Assembly (NCBI GenBank): GCA_043228905.1
Contig: JBHGNT010000010.1
Location: 6,262,001-6,326,000 of the forward strand
From: Azolla caroliniana
Taxonomy: Eukaryota; Plantae; Polypodiophyta
Direction: 5' to 3'
Length of the DNA stretch: 64,000 bases
Shown: positions 37,423 through 49,814 of the stretch, piece after piece
Position numbering within the stretch: the stretch's first letter is position 1
Layout of the letters: each line of letters opens with the position of its first letter
The notes under the pieces: model-generated
Database searches by the model: none
Seen by the model: only the letters and a program-made list of their open reading frames with translations
Told to the model about the DNA's origin: nothing
Program-made: the position numbers and the translations under genes

Positions 37423-40286
37423 CGTGAAACACAGAGAATACGCAAGGTAAAAGTATATTGACAAAGGAGAAAGACTCAACATTATACATGGTGGGAGGAG
37501 GGTGCTTTATGTAGTCACCCTCTCTCTTCATTAACTACAAGCCTCATGGAGCATGGGGAATGTGAAAGCTCATAAGTTATGTGTCATAGAATATGATTCT
37601 ATGACTCATACTTAATGTTAGAATACAAAGTGGTGACATAATGGTGACTCTTGACCGTTGGAGTGTCTCTTCACTCTCAAGGTGAGTTCACACACTAGAC
37701 CAAGTTGAGCTTGATTCTCAACACGCCCCCTCAAGCTCAAGTCAGGTCGGTTTCATACTGTATCCGAAATCTGCTTCAACTCGTGTTCTGGAGTCCGCGT
37801 CAACTCGTGTCGACTCACATGTATGCGGAGTTGCGGAATCCGTGCTCCAGCTTGTGTTGTGCGTAGTTACGAAGTCGGTGCTTCAGCTTGCGTGCGTAGT
37901 TGCGAAGTCTGTGCTTCGGCTTGCGTCTTTCTTCGCGGCTTTGTTGCGTGGTTGTGGAATCTACGCGTTATTGCATAGTGTCTTCAGTACTCCCCCTCAA
38001 GCTTGCCAAGTTAGGGATCGTCAATCCGAGACCAGTCATGAATTGCCATAGCTTGTCGGCTCCTAAGGCTTTAGTAAAGATGTCGGCCGTTTGAAGATTG
38101 GTGCTAATGTGTTGTAGGTCGACATCGCCAGCCAGAACGCGCTCTCGGATGAAGTGATAGTGCACTTCGATGTGCTTTGTCCGCGCGTGGAACACCGGGT
38201 TTCGAGCCAGATAGATACTGCTCATGTTGTCGCAGTAAAGGGAAGTCGGATCCTTGATGGGTATGCCCAGATCCTTCAAAATCCTCTTGAGCCATACGGC
38301 TTCACACGCAGCTATGGCTGCGCCCCTGTATTCCGCCTCCGTACTCGAAAGAGCGATGGTAGGTTGCTTCTTGCTACTCCAGGATATTGCTCCGCTACCG
38401 AGGGAGAAAACAAATCCAGAGGTTGATCTTCTATCGGCTTTGTAGCCGGCCCAATCAGCGTCTGTGTACCCCTTGAGTCGTATTGGCATTGCGGTCTTGT
38501 AGAGGATGCCGCAATCCATTGTGCCGCTCACGTATCGTAGAACTCGCTTAGCGCAATCCAAGTAAGTATCACGCGGTGTTTGCATGAATTGGCTAAGGAG
38601 ACCGACCGGATAACTGAGATCGGGTCGTGTGATCGTGAGGTAGATGAGACTCCCGATGAGTTGCCGATACTGAGTCGGCTCACACGCTTTGGTGCCGGAG
38701 TTCGCATCTAGTTTGAGATTACGATCGGGTTGCCACGGATTTGCACTGAGCCATCCCGAACTTGTATAACAAGTTGAGGATGTAGTGTCGTTGAGATATC
38801 ATGATTCCGGCCGGAGTCCGAATTACCTCGATGCCGAGGAAGTAGTGGAGCTCCTTCATGTCCGTCATCTCGAACTTGTCGGAAAGGAGGGATTTGACTT
38901 TATTGATTTCAACGAGATGCTCACCTCCAATGACTAGGTCATCCACATATAAGATGATGACGATCGGACTTGCGGAATTGCTTCGTATGTAGAGGGAGTT
39001 GTCCGATTTGGACATACGGAAGCCGATTTGATGAAGATATTGCGTTATCTTCGAATGCCAAGCACACGGTGCTTGCTTGAGGCCGTAGAGTGGCTTCTTG
39101 AGTCGGCATACGGCTTTCGGATGGGTGGTCGAGTTGAAGCCGGGTGGTTGGATCATGTACACCTCCTCTTCTAATTCGCCTTGTAGAAAGGCGTTCTTGA
39201 CGTTCATTTGATGAAGGTGCCACCCTTTCGCTGCAGCAATCGCAATTACGGTCCGCACTGTCGTCATCTTTGCCACCGGGGCAAAGGTTTCTTCGTAGTT
39301 GACGCCATGTGTCTGAGCGTATCCTTTCGCTACGAGTCGAGCTTTGTAGCGGTTGACAGAACCGTCCGCGTTGTACTTCACTTTGTAGATCCATCTGCAT
39401 CCGATCGCCTTTTTGTGCAGTGAGGTGGGAACGAGATCCCATGTCTCGTTCTTCCGTAGTGCCTACATCTCCTCGTTCATTGCTTCGATCCATCGTGGGT
39501 CCTTCGCGGCTTCGAAAAAGGTTTCCGGCTCCCGTACTGTCGCTACCTTCATCATAAAGGCGTAATGGTACGCCATGTAATCGTTGTAGCCGAATCGACT
39601 TACAGGGTTCTTTTCACGAGTGGATCGACGGAGCTTTTCATTTACAGAGATGAGGGCTTTCTTTGCTCCGATTGGTACCTCGAAACCGTCGAACTCACTG
39701 TCGAGTGAGTGAGTTGACTCATCGTCGGTGAAGCGATCGTCTTCATATTCCGCCATTTTCGCCTTGCCTTTGTCCATCTTCGGGCTAGGACGTGATGTGC
39801 TTTGATCACTCAAAGGCTCTTGTGGTCCGCTCAGTCGGGTCGTTGTTGGCCGGTCAGAAGAGCAAGGACAAGTGGGAAGGCGGAATCGGATCGGATAATA
39901 GGAAGTAAATAATAGTAGAATTATTATTCGGAGGGACGGATTCGGTACAGTTGTACCGATCCGGATCCGGACCGATTCGGATGTCGGTTGCCTAAGCGCA
40001 CCGATTGTAACCTTGCCGGATGCCTATAAAAGGATCCGATGAATTGTAAAGGGTTGGGGACGGAAGTAATACAATAGTAATTATTACGTGTTTATCTGTA
40101 TCTCGTATTGTTTACCGTCTGTGCTTAATTGTAATCATCTTATGCGTGTAACCTAGCATCCAATCCTTACCACCCCTTTGGAGAAGTGTCGGATAGACAC
40201 CTGTGTTGAGGCTAGTCCGGCCAGACAGACAACACTATTTTGGCGACCACGATTCCTGCAAAGTGCAGAGGACAACCGGGGGATGG

Positions 40287-43200
40287 ATGTCTAGACCAAA
40301 CGACGACCACATCACCGAACGAGGGAGACGATACACCGAACGCGAGCAACGACGGGAAGCCCTGCAGCAAGCCGTCGACGAGATCCGGCGGTATCGGTCA
40401 TTCTCCAAAACTCTTCGGAGAGTCGCAGAAGAAGCACTGCAGTTCCGGGTTCTGCAAATCCCCGACGAAGGCAGTAGCATAACAAGCCTGCAAGAGGCGG
40501 AAACGATACTACAGACGCTCGCCGCGGGCGACGGGGACTCGGAAGCATTCGCAACACTTGAGGCGGAGTCGGAAAGCGACGGAAGCGTTGCATCCCGGTA
40601 TAAAAGCAGCCACGACACACCAAACGACCGGGAGGACGAGGGGTCGGAAGACTCAGTAACACCGGCGCCAGAGGAAGAAAGAACCCTGGAATTCGGTGAC
40701 CGGCAACCGTCGAGGAAGGCTGACCGGATACCGACAACAACCGCGAGGGAACTGAGGGAGCGGATACCGACAACACCCGCGGAGGAACCAACGGACCGGA
40801 CACCGGCAACACCCGCGGAGGAACCAAAGGTTCTCACACCAACGCCAACAGCGGACAGAGAGCAGAGGAAACAGGAGAGTCAGTTGGACGACACGATGTC
40901 GTACCCATACCCAAAGTACCGGGATGAGGCCGACGAGGAGGCACACGTGTACGCATTCCTCCAAACATGGGAAGCCAACCATATCTCCCAAAGACTGACG
41001 GAGCCCGAAGCCGAACGATCCAAAATCGCCGAATTCGGCATAACCTTAGAAGGACCGGCGGCCCAATGGCACGCAAAGCACTTACCGGGCAGCTTTGCCA
41101 CATTCGATGCCTTGAAGGCCAGATTCCTCAGGTTTTTTCACAGACAATTTGAGCAAAGGGAATTGGTCGGGCAGTTCTACACCACCTGGCAGGAAGAGAA
41201 CGAGACTATGCCACAATTCATCATTCGGTTCCAGACCCTGCACAGCCAACTGACAAGAGCACCACCCGAAGACGAAGCCAAAGCAGTCTTTCTGGCCGCA
41301 CTGAAAGAGCCACTTCGAACAATGTGCGGAGTCCTTGATTTCCAAACCAGCACAATGGACCAAGTTATTGATCGGGTTTTAGAAATGGACAAGACTAGCC
41401 CCTTCTTGTCGATTCCTCAGGTTTTTTCACAGACAATTTGAGCAAAGGGAATTGGTCGGGCAGTTCTACACCACCCGGCAGGAAGAGAACGAGACCATGC
41501 CACAATTCATCATTCGGTTCCAGACCCTGCACAGCCAACTGACAAGAGCACCACCCGAAGACGAAGCCAAAGCAGTCTTTCTGGCCGCACTGAAAGAGCC
41601 ACTTCGAACAATGTGCGGAGTCCTTGATTTCCAAACCAGCACAATGGACCAAGTTATTGATCGGGTTTTAGAAATGGACAAGACTAGCCCCTTCTTGTCG
41701 ATGGGGATGTTACACCGGGCACTCCCAAAGGAGGAAGACCTGAGGTTCCGACAGGCCTTACAATGTACAACATGCCTAAATTCAGGGCACTCAACAGTGG
41801 ACTGCACCCTGCGGACACAATGTGTGATCTGCAACTCTCGAGCCCATACAACGGACCGATGCGAATATAACCTGTTAAATCGGCAGGCAGCACCGGTTCG
41901 ACACATAGAACCGCGCAATCAGAACCCGGACGAGGATCGATTCCGGAGAGACGACCGCTACCAACGCGAACGCGGTAACAGATACGCTGATAGAAGACGC
42001 GACAACTATGACCGAGAGGAGAGACGCAGAGATAGCTACCCCCGGGACCGGTACGACAGAGACGAATCCTCGGAAGACGACCGACGCAGAGAAGAGCGGC
42101 GACAAGGATACGCTGATAGAAGTCGCGACAACTATGACCGAGAGGAGAGACGCAAAGATAGCTACCCCCGGGACCGGCACGACCGAGACGAATCCCCGGA
42201 ATACGACCGACGCAGAGAAGAGAGGCGACAAGGGAACCGAAATTTCCGACGGAATCAGAAGCGTGGATTTTTCCGAAGAGAGGAACGTCGGGGGGCAGCA
42301 AGGAATGACAACCCAGTATCGGTACCGGATAACCGAAAAACCGAAGACGACCGCCGGAGCATACCCACCATCCAAACCGGGGACAAAGGAGAAACGAGCA
42401 ACAGTCACAAGGTGTACTGTTATTACTGCCGCAAGGAAGGCCACTATAGTAACCAATGCCCAAGCAAAAGCTATGACAAGCAGCCGGAAGTCAACATGGT
42501 TACAACCGAAATAACAGAAGTACAGCAGGTCACAACCCGGTCAAAGGGAAAGACCGCCGAGTGGGAAGCCCAGGAGGCAATCAGAAAACAAGCGACACAA
42601 TGGATCAAGGAGGCCAATGAACAGAATGCGGCAGAAGTAAGAGACCAAAATATGCCAAAAGACGAAGAAATCATACAGCCAGGAGAAAACCCGACGTGGC
42701 AAGCGCTACAGGACTGTCAAATCGTGCTGCCGTTAGCACGACTACTACAGTTAGTGCCACGATTTACGGCAGACCTACAGGCATCCGTCAGCAAACCAAA
42801 GCCGACGCCAGCACCGGCATTCTTCTCCAACCCGGAGGAAGGACCAGCGGTGGTCGATACAAGTAGCCCGGCGATCACGGCAATCGTGAAAGGAAAGGAA
42901 ATTGCTGGAACGATTATTGACGGAGGCTCCGAGGTAAATGTCATCAGCCAACAGACATGCAACGACCTGGGCATCCGGGAATGGGAACCATGCCCCTTCT
43001 AGTTACGCATGGCGGATACTAGCTCAGTCCGACCGACCGGGCTTATCCGGGATTTGGAAATAACGATCGGAGGCCACGTATTCCGGATATCGGTCGTGGT
43101 GCTGCAGCTGAATGTACAAGGCGCGTACCCCCTACTGCTAGGACGACCATGGTTGCGAACGGCGCATATCAAGCAGAACTGGCAAAAGAACATGATCACA

Positions 43201-46200
43201 TTCCGGCGAGGGAAAACAAAGGTACAAGTAACGACGCAACCACGGGTGATCACCAGTAAGGAAGCAACTCCATTGTATGCGGAAAGCATTAACATGTTGG
43301 AGGGATTACCGGACGAGGAAGTCGAGCGGTACCTCGAGGAACACCCACGAATCGTCCCACTATTTGAGGTGGATATCACGGCGGCAGTAGAACCGTACAT
43401 TACGACGCCGGAAGAACCGGACCAAGCGGCGATCCGGGAACTGCGACAAGCGCAGGAATCCCTAGAGAGGGAAATGACGATATCCCAGAGGGTAAAAGCA
43501 TCCCAACTCGAGGAGGTGGACCTCGGCACAACAGACAAGCCCCGACCGGTAAATGTTGCAAAGGAATTGCCGAAGGAAGAAAAGAAGGCAATGGTAGCAT
43601 TGTTAACAGACTTCAAGGATGTGTTCGCGTGGTCGTACGAAGACATGCGAGGGCTGGACCCCAGCTCTATCAGCACCAAATTCACCTAAGTACGGACGCG
43701 AAACCGATTGCTCAACGCAGGTACCGGATGAATCCGAATTATGCGGCAAAGGTGAAGGAGGAAATTGATAAGCTCCTCCGGGTCGGATTTATCCGACCGG
43801 TCAAGCAGGCAACCTGGCTGAGTCCGATAGTGGTGGTTCCGAAAAAGAACGGCAAAATCTGGGTATGCGTGGACTACCGAAAACTAAATGTCGCAACAGT
43901 GACCGATGCATTTCCACTACCATTTACGGACGGGGTGTTAGATGCGGTAGCCGGGCACGAAGTTTACAGCTTCCTGGATGGATTTAGCGGCTACAACCAA
44001 ATACGAATGAACCCGGCCGACCAAGAGAAGACAGCGTTCGTGACGGAATGGGGGGTGTTCGTCGCGGTCGTGATGATGTTCGGACTAAAGACGGCTCCAG
44101 CGACCTTTCAAAGGATAATAATGGAAATTTTCGGGGAATATATCCCCGGTTTTATGCAGGTCTTCCTTGACGATTTCGCGGTCTACAGCCGGCACGGAGA
44201 GCATCTCGATCACCTCCGACTATGCTTGGAGAAGTGCCGCGAGTACCGATTGAGCCTGAATCCGGCCAAATGCGTCTTTGGAGTGGCAAGCGGCAACTTG
44301 CTAGGGCACGTGGTGAGTAAGGAAGGAATCGCGGTAGATCCGGATAAAGTCAAGGCGATTCTCGATGCACCAGCACCAAGTAACGCAAAGGCTTTAAGCC
44401 GGTTCCTGGGCCAAATAAGGTGGCATAGCCGGATGATACGGCACCTCGCGGACTTCGCTACACCGTTACATACCGCCGTACATAGGGTACCCTTCCTATG
44501 GGCGGAGACGGAGGAGGAATCCTACAAAGTGTTGAAGGTTATGCTGTCGCAAGCCCCGGTGGTGCAACCGCCGGATTGGAGTAAAAGCTTTCACGTCTTC
44601 GTCGACGCGTCGGACGTAGCAATCGGCAGCGTTTTGATGCAACTCACAAAGCCGAAATGGTACCGACCGGTGTACTACGCAAGCCGGAAACTCTCAAAAG
44701 CCGAACGGAATTACTCTACGACGGAACGCGAGGCATTGGGAATGGTGTATAGTGTCACAAAGTACAGGCACTATCTGCTCGGAAGGAAGTTTTCCTTCCA
44801 TGTCGACCATTCGGCACTACTCTACCTGGTCTCGAAGGCATCCCTAACGGGAAAAATTGCACGGTGGACACTGCTACTACAGGAATTTGAATTCGACATT
44901 TTCCACCGACCCGGGGCGCAGCATGCGGTAGCAGACTATCTAAGCAGACTCGAATCCGGAGAAGCAGGGGACGGCGTCCAGGATGAGTTTCTCGACGCCG
45001 AATTGTTCCGGATCACGACGAAACCGGCAACGGATACAACGGTAGCCAATGAAGACACATGGCTAACTGAGATGCATCAATTCCTGAGCACCGGAGTTCC
45101 CCCGGAGAACATGGACCGCGATGAAAGGAAAAGGGTAGCAGTAAGAAGTAGACATTTCTGCTTGGTTGGAGACACCCTCTATCACAAGGGGGCAGATGGC
45201 ATCTGGAGACGAGCAGTGCGGAGCGATGAGAAGGATCTAATCCTCAGGGAAGCCCACTGTGGAATTGCCGGCGGGCATTATGCCGGCGACGCAACCGCTC
45301 GGAAAATATGGCAGAGCGGACTGTGGTAGCCGACCACCCTAAAAGATGTCGTGAAGTATAGCAGAGAATGCGATTTGTGTCAACGACTGGGCCAACCCAA
45401 AGACCAGGCCCGGATGCCACACCACCCGGTCTTGCCCTTGGAACCGTTTCAAAAGTGGGGGTTGGACTTTGTCGGTCCCTTCAAATCACCGGCAATGCGA
45501 ACCGGAAATCGGTATGTCATAGTGGCGACCGACTATTGCACCAAATGGGTAGAAGCAAAGGCCTTACGGGACAACACGGCCGCGTCCACGGCAAAGTTCC
45601 TGTACGAGTGCATATGGTGCCGGTATGGTTGCCCGATCGAGCTTATAAGTGACCAAGGAGGACATTTTCTCGGGAAGGTAGTAGAAAGCCTGACGTCATT
45701 TTACGCGGTGGTACATAAAAAGAGTACACCCTACTACCCTCAAGCCAATGGACTAGCGGAATCAACGAACAAAACTCTGCAGAACATCCTACGAAAAATC
45801 GTCAACGAGAACCGGACCGACTGGGATACGAAATTGCAAAGCGCGCTATGGGCGTACCGAACAACGTACAAAACCAGCATCCGGACAACCCCGTTCCGAC
45901 TAGCATTCAGGTTAGAAGCGGTCATGCCGGTAGAGTTCCAGATCCCCAGCTTACGGATTCAGGTGAAGGAGCGCTTAAGTGAGAACGAGTCCGAACGAAT
46001 CCGGCTGGCAATGTTGTTGGAATTAGAGGAAAACCGAATAGCCAACTTACTACAACTCGAACTGGAGCAAAGGAGGAGAAAAGCCTTCGTGGACCGACAC
46101 CGGCGTGGCAATGAAAAGGAGTTCGAAGTCGGGAAACCGGTACTACTATTCCAGACACGGATGGGGAACATGCCGGGAAAGTTGCGGTTTCGATGGACCG

Positions 46201-46496
46201 GACCGTTCTGGATCACCAAGGAGTATCAGCTCGGCACGTTGTCTGGAGATGTCATCGGCAAGTGGGCAAATGGATTTCGGCTAAAGCCGTATAAGGGAAA
46301 TATGCCAGCCAACCCGTTCAAGCGAAACCCGGAAATCCGACAAGATGAGGAACCGACACCGACAGACGCTGCTGAAGATATTCGGACCGAGGAAGAACCG
46401 ACACCGATACTGACGAAGACTATCCTGGAAAACCGACAGAAGGATCCGGTATCCACACGAACCGACCCGAACAAATCGGGGGGGACCAGCAAATGA
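40287..46496 (+). pseudogene. gag-pol of G (gag with three zinc knuckles, PR, RT, RNase H, INT), disrupted
   Basis: ORF pieces 40287-41441, 41452-43002, 43009-43689, 43629-45329 and 45351-46496. Lesions: a 289-bp duplication, TAG at 43000 and 45327, and a -1 frameshift near 43660. Confidence 0.9.
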
Positions 46497-46672
46497 CGTG
46501 GTCCAAGCAAAATAATAATAATAATAATAATAAATGACGTGGGCAAAATCGACGCGAATCATAGTAATGATGGGGAGATCACAAGAGGTGGGAGCGCCAC
46601 CATGCAATGAAGAGGCGCCATGCATTAAAAAAGGACGTGCGCGTACTTGCTATTTAAAGCATGGAACGTGGG
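46494..46672 (+). promoter_or_regulatory. Putative internal promoter for the extra ORF of G
   Basis: TGACGTGG at 46494-46501 and 46535-46542, further ACGT cores near 46635 and 46666, and TATTTAAA at 46651-46658, about 50 bp before the ATG at 46710. Confidence 0.5.
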
Positions 46673-46709
46673 CACTCACACGCGGCAAACAAGAAAGGAC
46701 ATACTAATT

Positions 46710-49700
46710 ATGGCGGGAGAGGAACATGCGCGGGAAACGAAAAAGGGCGGCTCGAGGCACAACCCACTATATAAGACACAGGCCTGCGAAGGGCTCACTT
46801 TTTACGAATTTTCCTACATACAGGCGCAGAAGCACAGAAGAGCGACCCGACGCACAAAGCACACACAGCGCGATCCCGAACAACAGGCAGCAGAAGAAGA
46901 ATTCGAAACAATGGTACTGTCGGAAGAGGCACGCCAATGGATGAGGGAGAACGGGTTAAAAGGATTGCTGCAGATCGCCGACGCTCCACCACACGTAGAA
47001 CCAGAGCAGGCGGCAGCATCGATCGATATATCAGAAGTCACGGAAGGAGCGGTGCAGGCGCTCACGGGGATCAAAGCAAGAGGACTTCAAACAATCGAAA
47101 ACCCTTCCAGTGAAATCCTGTTCGAATATTTCGGGGAATACTCTATCAGCAGCAAGGCGTACCGAACGCAGGGCGGAGAGAACCTGTTGTTCGGAGAAGT
47201 GGCCCGCGCTATGATGGAATACGGATTCGTGAATCCCCGTCCCCCAGCCATAGCCAAGTACCGGGCAGCGTTCTTAATAGCAGCGTACGAGGGCTTACAA
47301 ATAGACTGGCTCCATTTCATAACCGAAGGATTGAAGGAGGCCATCAAAAATCTTGTGGAAGGAAAAAAGCCATGGGCCGGGATAGCACAATGGCTAACGG
47401 TGTTAGTCCCACCGGTGCTCCCCATCACACAAAAGAAAAGAGGTCGGCAGGAGACGACGCCGAAAAAGGTCACAAAGCGCCGACAGATCTTGGAGAAACA
47501 CACCCCCGGATGGACCCAGCAAGAAGCAGAACAGCAGGGGGAAGGACCATCCTGACAGCAACAGGAACCGACAACAAAGGCAAAACCGGCAGGTAAAGGC
47601 AAAGGGAAATCGGCCGAGGAGGAACCGGTAGCGCGAAAACCAATCCATATAACGCTGCGACGACCGGAACCGGAACCAGAGGTCTTTATACAAAAGGTCC
47701 GTCTAGTAACCGCACCGGAGGAGGAAGCTGAAACAGAAGACTCATCCGAACCACTGGTAAGACTCCCAGCAAGACAAGGTCAGGAGAAACGGGCGAAAGG
47801 ACCAGCTCCACCAGTGGACAGAACTCAGCAGAGGGCGCAAGGACCATCTCCAGTAGCTGAGGCGGAAACAGTACCGGAACCCGTACCCAGGGAAGCAGCA
47901 CCGACACCAGTTGGGCCGGATTCCAGAGAACCGGTCATCCCAGAGAAGAAGAAGGAACAAGCGCCGGAGCCAGAGCCAGAGAAGAGGCCGGAAAATCAGC
48001 CTGACTTAAGTGAGCAAGGCCACCCCGACACCGGAAGAACAAAGCCACAATGGCTGAGATGGCTTTCGGAGCAGTTATCGGGAGTAGCGGACCAGTTAGA
48101 GAAAGAAGAAATGTGTAGGCAACAGCTGACGCATACAACAACTCAGGAGTTGGTCGCGCTCCGAACACAGATCGAGGAAATGCAAGGGGAGCTGTTGCAG
48201 GCAAGGGAAGGAATTCAACAAGCACAAGCTGTCACCGAGCCGGTCGGGACAACAAGGAAGCAACCAGAACCGGAACCGGAACCGGTAGCCTTGCAAACCG
48301 GCCCTGAGACCGAAAAAATAATAGAAACCTTACGAGAGGAGTTAAAAGCTCAGGAGGCATTAAGGGAAAGAGAAAGGGAGCAGCGGAAAGCGGTGGAGGA
48401 CGACAGACGAAAAATGGAAGAAGGCCTCCGGAAAGGTCGAGCCGCTAATGACCGACTGCAAGAAGAAAAAGAGAAGCTGCAGAAGGAGAAGGACCGACTA
48501 CGTCGACATGCCGAGCAAGAGATAGAACGACTGCAGGAAGAACTCCGACAACAGAAGGACCGGGACGATCGGTTAAGAGCTCAGGCAACCCGACGCCTGA
48601 AGCAGAAGACGGAGGACTCCGACCGTCTCTACCGAGATCACAAGCAGGCCGAGTCGGACAACAAAAAACGGGCAGCAGACTACGACCGGCAAATAGAGAA
48701 GCTGAAAGAACAGCTCAAAGAGACCCGATTAGACCTGGCTAAAGCGATGGATGAGGTCAGTGCCAACAAGGAAGCATTGTCGGCGGAAATAGCCCAAGCA
48801 ACGGAGAGAAGGAAGGAATTAGAGGCGCTAAGGCGGGAAAAGCTGGACCTGACCAAGATCAGGAATGAAGAAAAGGAAAAATCGACCTTCACGATCAGCA
48901 AACTGCAGAGTACCTATGAAAAGCAGAAAGCATATTACGAGGCCCAGGCTCAGATAATGGCCGACATTATAAAACGGGCAAGGAAGGAAAAGCAGGAAGC
49001 TTATGCGCATGCTAAGGCAGGGGTTGACCGGATCAAGCTCATCATGTCAGGATGGAGTACCCGAGCTCAGGCAAGCATCAATGAAAGTACGGAAAAGCTA
49101 TGGAAGGAGTGGTCACAACAGGCAGCCGAGCTGCAGACACTCCGAGCGGATGCCGAGAATCGGAGGAAGACCGGTGACAAGTTCTACAAGATGGATGAAG
49201 AAAGTATCGTCGCCATTCGGGAAGAATTGTCGGAGGATTTCTACACTTTAGCAGAAGAACACCTCAAAGAAATCCGAGGGTTGGTAGAGAGGTTGGATGA
49301 CGGGCAGCTCGCAACTCCGTTGGAGTTGGAGAGATACGAGCAGGACCGGTTACGACAGGAAGCTAAGGGAAGAACGACGCCAATCACGATAAGTGAGGGA
49401 GAGCGACCGGCTGCAGATGAACCAACCGACACCAAACAACCCCGACGAGGAATACCCGAAGACGAACTTGAAGAAGAGCAGGAGCAGACCGATGCCGGAG
49501 AAGAAGAAGAGCTGAGACCGGAAGACACCAGAGCAGAGGAAGGAGGCATATCGAGTCGACTAGTCAAGACCGGAGAAAGCGACACCGGTAACAGAACAGA
49601 GCCAGGAACGGAGGGAGAACAGGAAGAACCCGGACGAAGCGGTGAGGAAGCACCGGCACCACAGAATCAAGCAGAGCCGGAGCAGCAAATTTTTACGGAA

Positions 49701-49814
49701 CAGCCTACCCAACCGGAGGTCGGAGACCAGGCAGGCAAGGAACAGGAACAGGAGGAAGAAGCACCACTTGACACCATCGAGCAGAGTGTGCTCGATATTT
49801 TGGAGGAAGACTGA
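46710..49814 (+). pseudogene. Extra ORF3 of G, about 1034 codons with one internal TGA: globular N-domain, Pro/Glu linker, long coiled coil, acidic tail
   Basis: ORFs 46647-47555 and 47814-49814 share one frame, and the gap between them is open. The only interruption is TGA at 47553-47555, probably from CGA. Confidence 0.8.

Noticed and set aside
46710-49814. Calling ORF3 an envelope gene or a captured host myosin/SMC gene
   Set aside because: No signal peptide, transmembrane helix, motor motif or ATPase motif is visible, and coiled-coil similarity alone is non-specific.
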